Made by a program: the position numbers and the translations under genes. From NCBI GenBank assembly GCA_012295275.1, contig CM022676.1, positions 9,982,001 through 10,046,000 of the forward strand: a DNA stretch of 64,000 nucleotides. The letters run 5' to 3'. Of this stretch, positions 28,751-41,232 are shown one piece after another; position 1 is the stretch's first letter, and every line of letters starts with the position of its first letter. The notes under the pieces are model-generated. The model did no database searches. It worked only from the letters and a program-made list of their open reading frames with translations, and was not told where the DNA came from. This DNA is from Chrysomallon squamiferum. Taxonomy: Eukaryota > Animalia > Mollusca.

Positions 28751-30019
28751 TTTTATATATTATTATTATTATTATTATTATTATTTTTTTTTTTTTTTTT
28801 TTGCCTCTAGACTTAGTCATTTGTACCAAAGTGGTTAAAAATATTTCAAATATTTTCTATTATATTTTGGATTCGTTTAATTAATTTCTCATGACATTTT
28901 CTTTTTTTTTTTTTTTTTTTTTTTAATATTCGTTTCAGTTTAGTTTTTTTCATATGTCATGGGTGTATGTAACAATTTTTTTTTTTCTTATTTGTAGATA
29001 ATGTACATAATAAATCTTTATGTAACAACAATAAACAAACTAAAACAATTTCTAAAATCTTGTTCTCTGTTGACATGTCAGTGAAAAAACAACTAAAACA
29101 ATTTAAAAAAAAAAAAAAACGTTTTGTGTGCTCTGTTAACATGTCATTTCCAAGTAATATTAGCTATGTAAATAAAAAATCTTTTTGTGCATTTATAGTC
29201 GTATTTTGCAATTTGTTGATGGTTCAGCTTTTTTATTTTATGTACATCTGCTTATAAAATATAAATGGATTTTTTTTTTTTTTAAGTTAGGTCCAGTTCT
29301 GCGATATATCATTAAATTAAAAAAAATAAATATAAAAAATCCAATTTGAAAAACTTTTGATTCCAAGCATTTTGGTTAAGGGATTTGAAATGAGTTGCAT
29401 TAATACTATTAGTGAAAAAATAAATAAAATAATAACGTACTTGTTGCATTAACAGAAGTATCACCACCTCAAGAAGTATACTAGAAATTGTATTAGTAGA
29501 TGCTCTAAAAGTAGTATTAGTAGCAGTAGTGTACAGTTACTGCTACTACAACTACTACTACTACTGCTATCAAAAATAACAACAGCAGCAACAACACTGA
29601 AGCATTTAAAAAGGAAATGGTGGTAATGGTTGCAGTGTGGTAATAATAATACTACACAACCATCATATTAATAACTGATGATAAACCAACCATTACAACC
29701 ATTAGTATTCTTGTTTAATGGTGATTACCATTAAACAGTTACTACCACCAGGTTCTTGCATTCTGTTACTTGTGGTGGTAACGCTGCTAGAGCACTAGTA
29801 TTTTAGTATTCGGTCATAACATGGTCAGTGAACCAGTATAAGTTTTATGTGAGTATTGTCACCACAGTTAACATTTTACTACACAACTATTAGGAATCTA
29901 CTACTGATGCTGATAACACTTCCACTATAACTAACATTATACTACTGCAGATTACAGTACACGGTTAGTACACCATTAGTCAGTTTAGTGTTATACACTG
30001 TCCAGTACTACTACTGCAC

Positions 30020-30392
30020 TATTAGTCTACTACATCTAATAGTGGTAATACTACTATCACCACTATTAATATACTACTACATCTGATAGTGATACTACTA
30101 CTACAACTATTAGTATTCTACTGCATCTGATAGTGATACTACTACTACAACTATTAGTATTCTACTATATCTGATAGTGATACTACTACTACAACTATTA
30201 CTATTGCATTATTTATCCTAATAGTAATATCACTACTACAACTATAAATATTCTGCTACTTCTGCTGCTGATGATACTACTACAACTATTACTATCACAT
30301 TATTTATCCTAATAGTAATGTCACTACTACAACTATAAATATTCTGCTACTTCTGCTACTGATGATGCTACTACAACTATTAGTATTCTGCT
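30020..30392. repeat. ~44-bp ACT-rich minisatellite (left arm)
   Basis: atctgatagtgatactactactacaactattagtattctact repeats, e.g. atctga at 30081 and 30125. Confidence 0.85.
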
Positions 30393-30959
30393 AACTTTTC
30401 TGGTCGTATTAGTATTAAATATTACTGCCACTGTTATTACAAAAGCTACTAGAACGATTAATAATCGTCTACGGCCATGAAAGATATGCACTTTTTTTTT
30501 TAAATATTAATTAAAACGTCTATTCGTTTTTATGAGTGTTAGACAAACTCTACACTGTCACATAAAATGCGTATAGATTGCAGTGATGTTATTTACTGAA
30601 AAGAAAACATGCTTTGCCAAGAACCGTGAAAACCACTGCGCTTGTAATATGCTACCAGTAAAAGGAAGAATGAAAAGCATATTCGTTTAAAGACGCATTT
30701 GATATACATATACGAGTTTTTTGTTCTCGATATACGTAATATGAGCCTACTATAATGCAATCATAAAATAAACTCTCTGAAAAGTAGGTAATAACAATCG
30801 AATATTTTTATTTTTAATTATTTTTATTTTTTTTTTTCGTGAACTGAGTATAGAGAAAATAACGATTTATGGGTGCACCACCAACTTTATAACAATAAGA
30901 AAAAGAAAGACGATATATAGTAATTGTCCACACTGATTCACAAAAGTATAATCTACCCT

Positions 30960-31049
30960 TATCATATAAGGTTCCGAACGAGCAGCAACACAAAAGGAAA
31001 CCCGGACACGATTAAGTGCAGTCAGAAGATTTACCCGCACAAGGTATGT
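30960..31049 (+). promoter_or_regulatory. Candidate non-coding first exon and splice donor of methyltransferase copy 1
   Basis: CpG-containing segment ending AAG|GTATGT (donor at 31044); the same donor is preserved in the inverted homolog (56563, - strand). Confidence 0.4.
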
Positions 31050-31161
31050 ACACATTTTTATAAATCTTGGAAACTGCTCTAAAATAATGTTGTATTTATT
31101 TATTGTTACTATTATTAATTTTTAAAAATCTCTCTTTACTATTATAATGGCTGTTGCTGTT

Positions 31162-31193
<32 letters not shown>

Positions 31194-31883
31194 GGGGGGG
31201 GGGTATTGTTTAAATGTAATTTTATACAAATATGTAGTACATGTATAAGGACCATTTTGGAAAAAGCCATATGGACATTGCGTTTGATTCATAAACAAGA
31301 ATCAAGACTTCCATCCTTACCTTTGATTTACTAAATAACCCTAAGAATTAAAACAATTACACACTTTGTGTATTCAGTAGTGTATTTTTTTTTAAATTAT
31401 TTTTTCTTCTAATTAATATTTCATTACTGATAACCTCCGTGTCTCTATAATATTTTTAAAATTTGACTAACTTACATGAAATAAAAGATGAAGAATTGGA
31501 GAAAAGATTAATAATAATAATAATAATAATAAATAATAATAATAATAATAATAATAATAAAGAAAGAAAGAAAGAAAGAATAATAAGAAGCAGGATAGAA
31601 GCAACAAGAAGAAGAAAGCTTTACGATTTGCTACTCTGTTAATATAAATATTCGAGACACTGCTTCACAAGAATATTCTTTTATCACAAACAACATTTAC
31701 CTTATTTATCTACCTTCCTACCTATCTATCTACCTACCTACCAACCTACTATCTCTATCTGTCTATCATCTACCCACCTTTCTATCTCTATCTATATAAT
31801 CTATCTGTCTACATACCTAACTACCTATCTGTCTGTCTTTGTATGTATCTATGTATCTATCTATATGTGGGGAATAATGCATA

Positions 31884-32118
31884 TTTTTAAAATTTGACTT
31901 GAAAACACTAGTCTTGGGGGACATCAAGTTTTTAAAATTTGACTTGAAAACACTAGTCTTGGGGGACATCAAGTTTTTAAAATTTGACTTGAAAACACTA
32001 GTCTTGGGGGACATCAAGTTTTTAAAATTTGACTTGAAAACACTAGTCTTGGGGACATCAAGTTTTTAAAATTTGACTTGAAAACACTAGTCTTGGGGAC
32101 ATCAAGTTTTTAAAATTT
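31884..32118. repeat. 45-bp tandem repeat, about 5 copies
   Basis: tttttaaaatttgacttgaaaacactagtcttggggg(g)acatcaag repeated almost perfectly. Confidence 0.93.
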
Positions 32119-32397
32119 TAATTTATTTCTCCCCCGGCCACATTCTTAATATCAATGATTATGTTCTTAGCTAAATGCGAGAGGTTTTATTTCGATAACA
32201 ATGGAAACATGTAGCAAAACTCAGTTCTCTGCATATCTGAATAGAAATTAGAAATATAACTGACACGTGCACTTGTAACGTGATGGGTGTATCTAATGTT
32301 TCGTTTATCAGTTGTAATCCGGGACGATTTGTTACCTTTTATTTCTCCAGTTACGTAAAATCTGTTTGTCACGGATAGTAATTGTCGTAGATTTATA

Positions 32398-32429
<32 letters not shown>

Positions 32430-33045
32430 ACACAAACTTATACACACACATGAACACGAAAAGACAATAATCGAATGCAGCTATGATTTTTTTTCAAGGA
32501 AAAAAAAAATCTGTTCTCAAGAAGACTTAGCCATACTGGTATTGCATTTAAAATGCTTATCTGTTTAAACTACCTCAGTAATATTCGAGTCCTTTCACGT
32601 AGATAAGCTAACATTTAATAAAATGAGTTTTGACGTTTCTTGAACTCTGAAAGGTAACCTTTAGCTTCTGAAGGTAACCTTCAAAGAACTCAGAACTGAC
32701 TTAAATGTGCCTTTATTATCTTTCATTGTAACACTCAAAAGTCTGTTTTTGTGTGTATCTATGTGTCTGTATAGATGTGGGGAATAATGCATATTTCTAA
32801 ACGTATTTAGTCTGCGGGTGTGTTCATTTTATTAAAATCGATTTACAGATAATTAGAAAGCATTAATACATCTGACTTTAAAACACTAGCCTTAGGGACA
32901 TTAAGCTTTTACAATTTTAATATCTCTTTACTATTATTATTATTATTATTATTATTGTTGTTATTGAAGTTGTTATTGTTGTATTTATTTTCTATTTTTC
33001 AAAAAGATTTAAATATAATTTTATATAGACAAGCATATGCACGCC

Positions 33046-33089
<44 letters not shown>

Positions 33090-33242
33090 ACACTGAACAC
33101 CTGTATCCGTTATCTGAAAGACGAATAATTATTTTTATTTGGGTCAGGATTTAAATTTTAGACTGTTAATGTTTTTTATTATCTGTTTATAAGAAAGCCA
33201 CCGGTAAGCTGGTTTCTTAATTGCGCGCATGCCAGAATATTA

Positions 33243-33292
<50 letters not shown>

Positions 33293-34539
33293 CTAACCTG
33301 AGAGTATTATTAACTGCTAGCGTTGTAACTGCTGTTGCCCAAAACAGTAAAATACTAACTTTGAAGAATAAAGTTGTTATTTTTTATTCTATTTTTAAAG
33401 ATATTATTATTATTATTATTATTATTATTTTTTTTAATATTATATATTGCTAACGCCACATTATACTCACCTAACCAGTTTTGTACAAACCCCAATAGCT
33501 GAAAAATAGTTATATATTCTAAAATCAATTCACTTTGCTTTTCCTTATTTTATTTTTTGTTTTTTCCTGATTTGAAATTTAATATTTTTTCTCTCGTAAA
33601 GTATATTTATCTATTTATCTATTTATCCATCGATCAATATCTACACTGTCGTATGTTATGTACGTATGTATCTGTGTGTTTTCTATCTATCTAAACTATT
33701 TAAAAATTATTGCCATAAATACTTTTTTTTTTTTTTTTTTTTTAAATGGTTGCCATAAATAATGGCATTTAAAAAAAAAAAAAAAAAAGTTGCATAAACA
33801 CGTGTTGCACATGTTAAAAAGATAAGTTAAAAAAAAAATTAAAAAAAAATTAATAAATTAAAAAAATTCATTCACAATTTATTCATCATGTTTTAGATCA
33901 GTTTTATATTAGAATAAATAAAGGAAATCTGTATTATACATAAAAAAGTTTTTCTTTTTTTTTTTTTTTAACAAATAATACTTTATGTTTAGCTAACAAA
34001 AATAAATAATACGTTAGGCAGGGTTGACAAAAAATAAAATAATCCATTCCATACACACAAAGAAAAATAAATAATATTTTAACAAAAGTGTCCCTCCTTC
34101 ATGACAGGGACACAAATTAGAGACATTTAAAAAAAAAAAAAAAAAAAAACCTCTGTAATTTACGATTTTTATATAATACCAGTACCCACAACAAACACAG
34201 ATCATCATGACCTGGTTTTGCCAAGCCATGATCTTGCTTGGATACCCTATAACACAGTTTTCACTGATCATATCGCGTTTGAAACCCGAAAAGAGTTCTC
34301 ACGTCTGCGTTTGGTTGACCTCGGGTCGCAATCTGGCCGTTTCGACAAATACACAACACTACGCATGCGCTGTGTAGTGCAGGAAAAGAAAGACGCCATT
34401 GAAAAAAAAAAAAAAATAAAATAAAATATATCGTTAAAAAAAAAAAAATAGAATAAAAAATAGAATAAAAAAAAAATAGAATAAAAATGCTGTCGTGTTT
34501 TGAAGAAAGGAAATCCAAATCGGTATAATAAAAAAAAAA

Positions 34540-34548
34540 ATAATGATG

Positions 34549-34602
<54 letters not shown>

Positions 34603-34905
34603 TTAATATTATAATAATAAGAAGAAGAAAAAAAAGAGAAATGACATCAACAACAATAATAATAATAATAACAAAACAGCAGTAACAGCAACAACAATAA
34701 CAATAACAGCAGCAGCAGCAACAACAACGATAATAACAACAACAACAGCAACAGCAATAACAGTAACAGCAGCAACAACAATAAGAACAATAACAGCAGC
34801 AGCAACAACAATAATAACAGCAGACCCAAAAGCAACAATAACAACAACAAACAACAATATCGACAAGCACAACAAAGACAAAAGCAGTAATAATAGTAAT
34901 AATAT
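34540..34905. repeat. (AAT)n and (CAA/CAG/AAC)n trinucleotide low-complexity tract
   Basis: Direct reading; gives spurious poly-N, poly-C and poly-L ORFs. Confidence 0.9.
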
Positions 34906-35464
34906 GCCATGAGATAGACAATATTGAATTCACTTGTCATACAAACAGTAATACTAACAACACTAACAAAATGGCCATTCCATAGCTACACAGAGATACG
35001 ATAGAACGAATAAACAGATATTTGTTAGTGAAACTGATGTATGGGAGAATTACCGAGGCCTGTCGACTGGAAACTACCTTTAATGCATTCCAGTAGAAAT
35101 CATAAGTAAGTTTTACCATCTGTACAGTTGATAAAAAACAAAAAAAAAACAAAAAAAACAACAACGAAATCCTAAAAAAACAACAACAAAAAAAACGAAC
35201 AACAGAAGCAAATACAATTTCTGTATTCGGGATCAGTAGCGTATTTTTTTATTATTATTATTTTTTTTTTGTTTTGTTTGTTTGTTCTCCATTAATTATT
35301 ATTTCATTACAGGCAACATATGTGTTCTGTGTCATATTTAAAATTTATTTCCCTCTAAATCGCTTTCCAACAAAGGATTATATCAGACTGCCTGGTAAAA
35401 TACTTAATACTAGATATTTATAATATTATAATATAGGATTAAAACTGTACGTTACATTTGCGTT

Positions 35465-36156
35465 ATCTATCTATCTGTCTATCTATCTAAATAACTATCT
35501 GTTTGTCTATCTATATCTATCTATATTTATCTATTTATCTATCTAAATAACTATCTATCTGTCTATCTAAATAACTATCTGTTTGTCTATCTATATCTAT
35601 CTATATTTATCTATTTATCTATCTAAATAACTATCTATCTATCTAAATAACTATCTATATCTATCTATATTTAACTATTTATCTATCTAAATAACTGTCT
35701 ATCTATATCTATCTATATTTATCTATCTAAATAACTATCTGTCTGTCTATCTATATCTATCTATATTTATCTATCTAAATAACTATCTGTCTGTCTATCT
35801 ATATCTATCTATATTTATCTATCTAAATAACTATCTATCTATCTATATCTATCTATATTTATCTATTTATCTATCTAAATAACTATATATCTATCTATCT
35901 ATCTATCTAAATAACTATCTATCTATCTGTCTATCTAAATAACTATCTGTCTGTCTATCTATATCTATCTATCTTTATCTATCTAAATAACTATCTGTCT
36001 ATCTATATCTATCTATATTTATCTATCTAAATAACTCTATCCATCTGTCTATCTAAATAACTATCTGTCTATCTATATCTATCTATATTTATCTATCTAA
36101 ATAACTATCTATCTATCTATATCTATCTATATTTATCTATTTATCTATCTAAATAA

Positions 36157-36188
<32 letters not shown>

Positions 36189-36192
36189 ATAT
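35465..36192. repeat. Compound (CTAT)n microsatellite with recurring ctaaataacta units
   Basis: Direct reading. Confidence 0.92.
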
Positions 36193-36715
36193 CAGAGGTC
36201 TCGCTACATACTGTAAGAGATGCCGGGCACGCCATCACCTACGGCTTACGACGAGTTCGCCTGCCATTCGTCAACAGCGGCAGCAACAACCGCCACCCGT
36301 TTATCTAGTTTGGCTGCCATGCCATTGTTTTGTACTTTTGGTTTCAGCAGTTCACGTGTCTTGTCCTTTAAGAAAAGTACATGTAAGCGACGACTGTCAT
36401 GTCTGCTGCAAATTACACCCCCCCTCCACCTCTCCGGCGTTTCGATTGCTCTGAAATCTGCTGCTAACTGTGAGCCTGTGTAATCGAGGCTACTACAGCG
36501 CGGCTAAATTATTGCACGCGATTCGCTTACACGTTTTTTTTTAACATGCAACGTGTGTAATAATTATGCAGATATGGGCTCGATCCGCACAATATGAAAA
36601 TAATTATTAATTAGCAGCGCATGGCCAGCTCTACGTCACATTCTCATGAATATTCATTATCACACTGCGGGACGATCTTGTATTTTCGACCAATAAAAAG
36701 GATCTTACATTTCAC
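36193..36715. mobile_element. GC/CpG-rich insert between microsatellites, probable transposon fragment
   Basis: Abrupt composition shift starting CAGAGG; no matching right terminus found. Confidence 0.3.
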
Positions 36716-36727
36716 ACACATACAAAG

Positions 36728-36774
<47 letters not shown>

Positions 36775-37216
36775 TATTGTAATATATATATATACACAGA
36801 AGGTTATATATAATGGAAATCTGCATATTTGTATTTTACGAAATATGATTAAAACTGTACATTATTATTCTATATAATGTAATTCCGCATTGTACATATA
36901 TCTAAATATGTACATGTTTATAGTATTAAGTACGGCATATTACATCATTTGACTGTTATTATTAATATAAAAATACAATGCACATCGATGTCGTACGTAT
37001 ATTAAATACTTTTCACAATTGATTGCTCTTATTAATGTACAAAACGCGCATCTGTATGGTACGCATATTCAGTAAGGGAATGGTTATTAAATTATCAGCG
37101 GTAAAACAACTTTCTGAGATTGTCGCTGAAATCGGGGTCACATCGTCAGACAAAATCTGGTAAAGGCACCAACGCAGATCACTAAATTTTTTGAAGGTAC
37201 TAACGTTCTTGAATTA

Positions 37217-37219
<3 letters not shown>

Positions 37220-37293
<74 letters not shown>

Positions 37294-37375
37294 AATCACT
37301 TGATTATTTAAACAATGTTATTAATAAACTCTCTCTGTATCCTTATAATCATTTGATTATTTAAATGTTATTAAT

Positions 37376-37443
<68 letters not shown>

Positions 37444-37486
37444 ATCCTTATAATCACTTGATTATTTAAACAATGTTATTAATAAA

Positions 37487-37560
<74 letters not shown>

Positions 37561-37668
37561 CCTTTTAATCATTTGATTATTTAAATAATGTTAATAATAC
37601 ACTCTCTCTCTCTCTCTCTCTCTGTATCCTTTTAATCATTTGATTATTTAAATAATGTTAATAATACA

Positions 37669-37716
<48 letters not shown>

Positions 37717-38060
37717 CCTTATAATCATTTGATTATTTAAATAATGTTATTAATAAACTCTCTCTCTCTCTCTGTATCCTTATAATCATCTGATTATTTA
37801 AATAATGTTATTAATAAACTCTCTCTCTCTCTGTATCCTTATAATCATTTGATTATTTAAACAATGTTATTAACAAACTCTCTATCTCCCCCTCTCTCTG
37901 TATCCTTATAATCATTTGATTATTTAAATGTTATTAATAAACTCTCTCTCTCTCTTTCTCTGTATCCTTATAATCATTTGATTATTTAAATAATGTTATT
38001 AATAAACTTTCTCTCTCTGTATCCTTATAATCACTTGATTATTTAAACAATGTTTCTAAT

Positions 38061-38131
<71 letters not shown>

Positions 38132-38212
38132 TTCTGTATCCTTCTAATCATCTGATTATTTAAATGTTATTAATAAACTCTCTCTCTCTTTCTTTCTCTT
38201 TCTCTCTCTCTC
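37220..38212. repeat. Compound repeat of (CT)n alternating with a ~45-bp palindrome-rich unit, about 12 copies
   Basis: Unit gtatccttataatca(t/c)ttgattatttaaa(taa)tgttattaataaa between variable CT tracts. Confidence 0.92.
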
Positions 38213-38524
38213 ACACACACAGACTGAAAGTGACCTGCAGCCACCACACACCCAAACATACACACACACACACACACTAACAGAAATACAGTGGTACGTG
38301 ACTGTAGCGGTCATCTTTTCCGTGTTCAGACTGTTTGTTCAGTGGAGAGGTAGGTCACTCAGTTCAGCGCAAGACTTTTCAACGATTCGTTCTTGTCGTA
38401 GTTTACACTGTGCAGTAAAACATTTACTTAAGTTTTCTTATTTGTTGTAGGAACATTGCAGAAGCGTTATTTTCATTAAATCATTTTAAAATTTTTATTT
38501 GTCGTCTTTTCATATGACTCACTG

Positions 38525-38637
<113 letters not shown>

Positions 38638-38646
38638 CAAAATTCC

Positions 38647-38864
38647 ATGGCTCGATTTTCACTTCGCCAGTTTCTTTCGTGTCAGCTGACCTTCGTTTTA
38701 ATCCAGTGTTTGATGTTGATATCTTTTAGATACAGCTGTGTGCATCAGACTTACTCGAAACCCTCCAATTCAATTATTTCAGAAAACATAACTGACCGAA
38801 AACAAACTTATTCTCCAAGACAAAATCAAGAAAATAAATTTTCACATCAAGAAATTTTCACCGT
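38647..38864 (+). pseudogene. Truncated N-terminal fragment of a diverged FkbM-methyltransferase paralog
   Basis: MARFSLRQFLSCQL...YSPRQNQENKFSHQEIFT aligns with the first ~70 aa of the 40216 ORF, then runs into intron-derived sequence; no catalytic domain. Confidence 0.85.
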
Positions 38865-40215
38865 GGTAAAAAGTCATTTAGTGCATTTGGGACACATATT
38901 GTAGTTTCTGCCGGGAACACGCATATTTCGCAAATTTCAGGTGGAGTTGCACACCATTTAAAGATCGTTACAATTGACTTTAATATTGCGATGCTTTTGC
39001 GAGTACGTTATAGTTCATCATGGCCTGTTTGGATTGTATATAAGAATAACAATAACATTAAAACTACGTTTTCTGTGTATGTGTTTGTGTGTGTATGTTT
39101 GTGTGCGTTTATGTGTGCATGTGCGTTATGTTCGTGAGTGTATGTAGATGTATACGTTGGTATATGTATAATCTCTTTGTAGGTGATTTTTTTTCGGTGT
39201 TTTCGTGTTTGTTGTAACTATATGTATGTGTTTATGTGTATATGTAAGTATAAGTATGTATGTGTATGTGTTTTTTTTTGGTTTGTGTATGTTTGTTGCG
39301 TCTCTGTATGTATGTCTATGTTTGTTGTGTATGTTTTTTTGTATATGTGTGTTTATATATGTACGCGTATATGCATGCGTGTGTAGTTTATGTTTCTGTC
39401 TGTTTTTACCTTTATAAGATTACGTATTCACACATTAGTTTTATATTTATGTATTGATGATCAATAATTGAAACGTAAATTTGTATTTATTTATAATTAT
39501 ATTTCGCAAAGTTGTTTATTGATTAGTAGTAACATCTGGAACTCTAATATAAAATGTATTTTCCACTAAACCGTAAAGGATGATATGTGTCTTCGACGTA
39601 CATACGTACGTATGTGTTTTTAATGTTACGAAATTCAGGATCTCAAATTCTATCTTACTTTTGATTGTCATATTCAGTTAATACATATTTGTATGGTGCT
39701 TGAAATATGTACGTATTTATAACAAAATTTATAACAAAACCTACATTAAATATACATCTGTTTGTAATATAGGAATTCACTTTAAGTACATAACATAAAT
39801 CTCTGTATTATTCTATTAAATACTGTATTTAATATATAGATGACGCCTATAGGATAAAAACTGAAAGTTACATTTAACTTTATATATATATAATGTAAAT
39901 TCATGGGAAACAAAATGGATTAAAAAGTTCTGAAAACTATCTCTTACATTTAAATATTATTCATATAATGTGAATCTGCATAGTAAATTAGTGGTATTAT
40001 TTTTTTATTTCAAAAATATAATTAGATTAATTTTTATTGCAGATCTCCGAATCATTCATCAAAATCTGCGAGTAATAATATTTTTCTGAAATATAGGACA
40101 TTATCAGAAAACAGTAACTAAAAACAGAGTCGATAACTTACATAAAGGGGAAAAGAGGAAAAGGAACAGACAGAAAAAGAGAAGCGACGGATTAAAAAAA
40201 AAAACAAATCCACAC

Positions 40216-41232
40216 ATGGCTCGACTTCGCCATTTTGTTTTCTGTCAACTGTTCTTCGTTTTCGTGCACTTTCTCATGTTGCAATTTTTTAAATATAACC
40301 CTGTGCATCAAACTTATTGGAAACTCTCCAATTCAATTATTTCAGAAAGCATTACTAACAAAAAAGAAAATTATTCTCCAAGACAAAATCAAGAAAAGAA
40401 ATTTTCACATCAAGATCTTACCACGTTGTTTAAGTCTGCCAAAGTTTTGACGCGAAGTAACACGTCATGGGCTAGCGAGGATGACGTATGCAATTCAGAC
40501 ACTGCTGACTTTGTGAATGCTACGCTGCGATCTCCTGCCGGAAATACACCTATTTTCGTGTATTCTAGTACCAAGGACATATGGGTTTCTGCAAATCTTT
40601 TGCGTTCTGGAATCTGGGAAAGAGATAACGTTAATCTGCTATATAACTTCATGAAGAAAGACGAACAATTAGATTTCGTGGATTTAGGTGCAAATGTCGG
40701 TACGTTTGGACTAACTTTCGCCAAAATGGGACGACGAGTAATCTTAATAGACCCGCTGCTAAGCAACGTTAAGCGTCTGTGCAAATCTGTCGAAAAGGGA
40801 AAATTTGTTAGAAAGGTGTTTTTGATCCACAATGCTGTTTCGGATAAAAGATTCAGAGTTGGATTTGGAAAAGACGCAGATAATGTAGGCGGTACTTACG
40901 TAAAAGAAATGACGTCAAAAGATTCGGAAGTAGCACAAGCGATACTGTTGGACGATATACTGGAACTCTCCACGCTCGAGAATTTTACTAAAATTATTCT
41001 AAAAATAGATATCGAGGGGCACGAAAAGAGAGCTTTCCTAGGGGGAAATAAATTTTTCACAAACATCGACATCAGATATATTTTGATGGAGTGGGAAAAG
41101 TCGAGAAAAAATGGAAAGGAAATTATTGACTTCTTAACAAAACACCGTATGAAACCTTACTCTGTGACAAATCAGCCGTTAGATGTGAAACAATATGAAA
41201 AGTGGCCTTCAGATATGTTGTGGAAAAAATAA
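40216..41232 (+). CDS. FkbM-family (Methyltransf_21-like) SAM-dependent methyltransferase with N-terminal signal anchor, copy 1 (338 aa)
   Basis: Single-exon ORF; motif I FVDLGANVG, second-strand acidic IDP, NAVSD, and KIDIEGHE, all typical of FkbM enzymes; hydrophobic stretch at about aa 7-25; upstream acceptor tttttattgcag ending at 40042 with an ATG-free 5' UTR; AATAAA at 41380. Confidence 0.9.
   Translation: MARLRHFVFCQLFFVFVHFLMLQFFKYNPVHQTYWKLSNSIISESITNKKENYSPRQNQEKKFSHQDLTTLFKSAKVLTRSNTSWASEDDVCNSDTADFVNATLRSPAGNTPIFVYSSTKDIWVSANLLRSGIWERDNVNLLYNFMKKDEQLDFVDLGANVGTFGLTFAKMGRRVILIDPLLSNVKRLCKSVEKGKFVRKVFLIHNAVSDKRFRVGFGKDADNVGGTYVKEMTSKDSEVAQAILLDDILELSTLENFTKIILKIDIEGHEKRAFLGGNKFFTNIDIRYILMEWEKSRKNGKEIIDFLTKHRMKPYSVTNQPLDVKQYEKWPSDMLWKK

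Larger units (their letters stand above)
30020..32910 (+). repeat. Left arm of a ~3-kb long inverted repeat (pairs with 55120-58650)
   Basis: 30370-30616 is the reverse complement of ~57015-57260; 32120-32740 is nearly identical to the reverse complement of 55125-55760 (mirrored spurious ORFs 32187-32447 and 55424-55699). Confidence 0.9.

Noticed and set aside
34261-34940. Poly-Cys/poly-Leu ORFs up to 221 aa
   Set aside because: Translations of trinucleotide microsatellites
40410-40832. 140-aa antisense ORF repeated three times (also 45555-45977 and 50089-50511)
   Set aside because: Shadow of the methyltransferase CDS; its conservation is explained by the recent duplication
40216-41232. Bacterial contamination as the source of the FkbM gene
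   Set aside because: Embedded among animal microsatellites, with a spliceosomal acceptor, a poly(A) signal and local duplicates contiguous with Chk1 and DPAGT1
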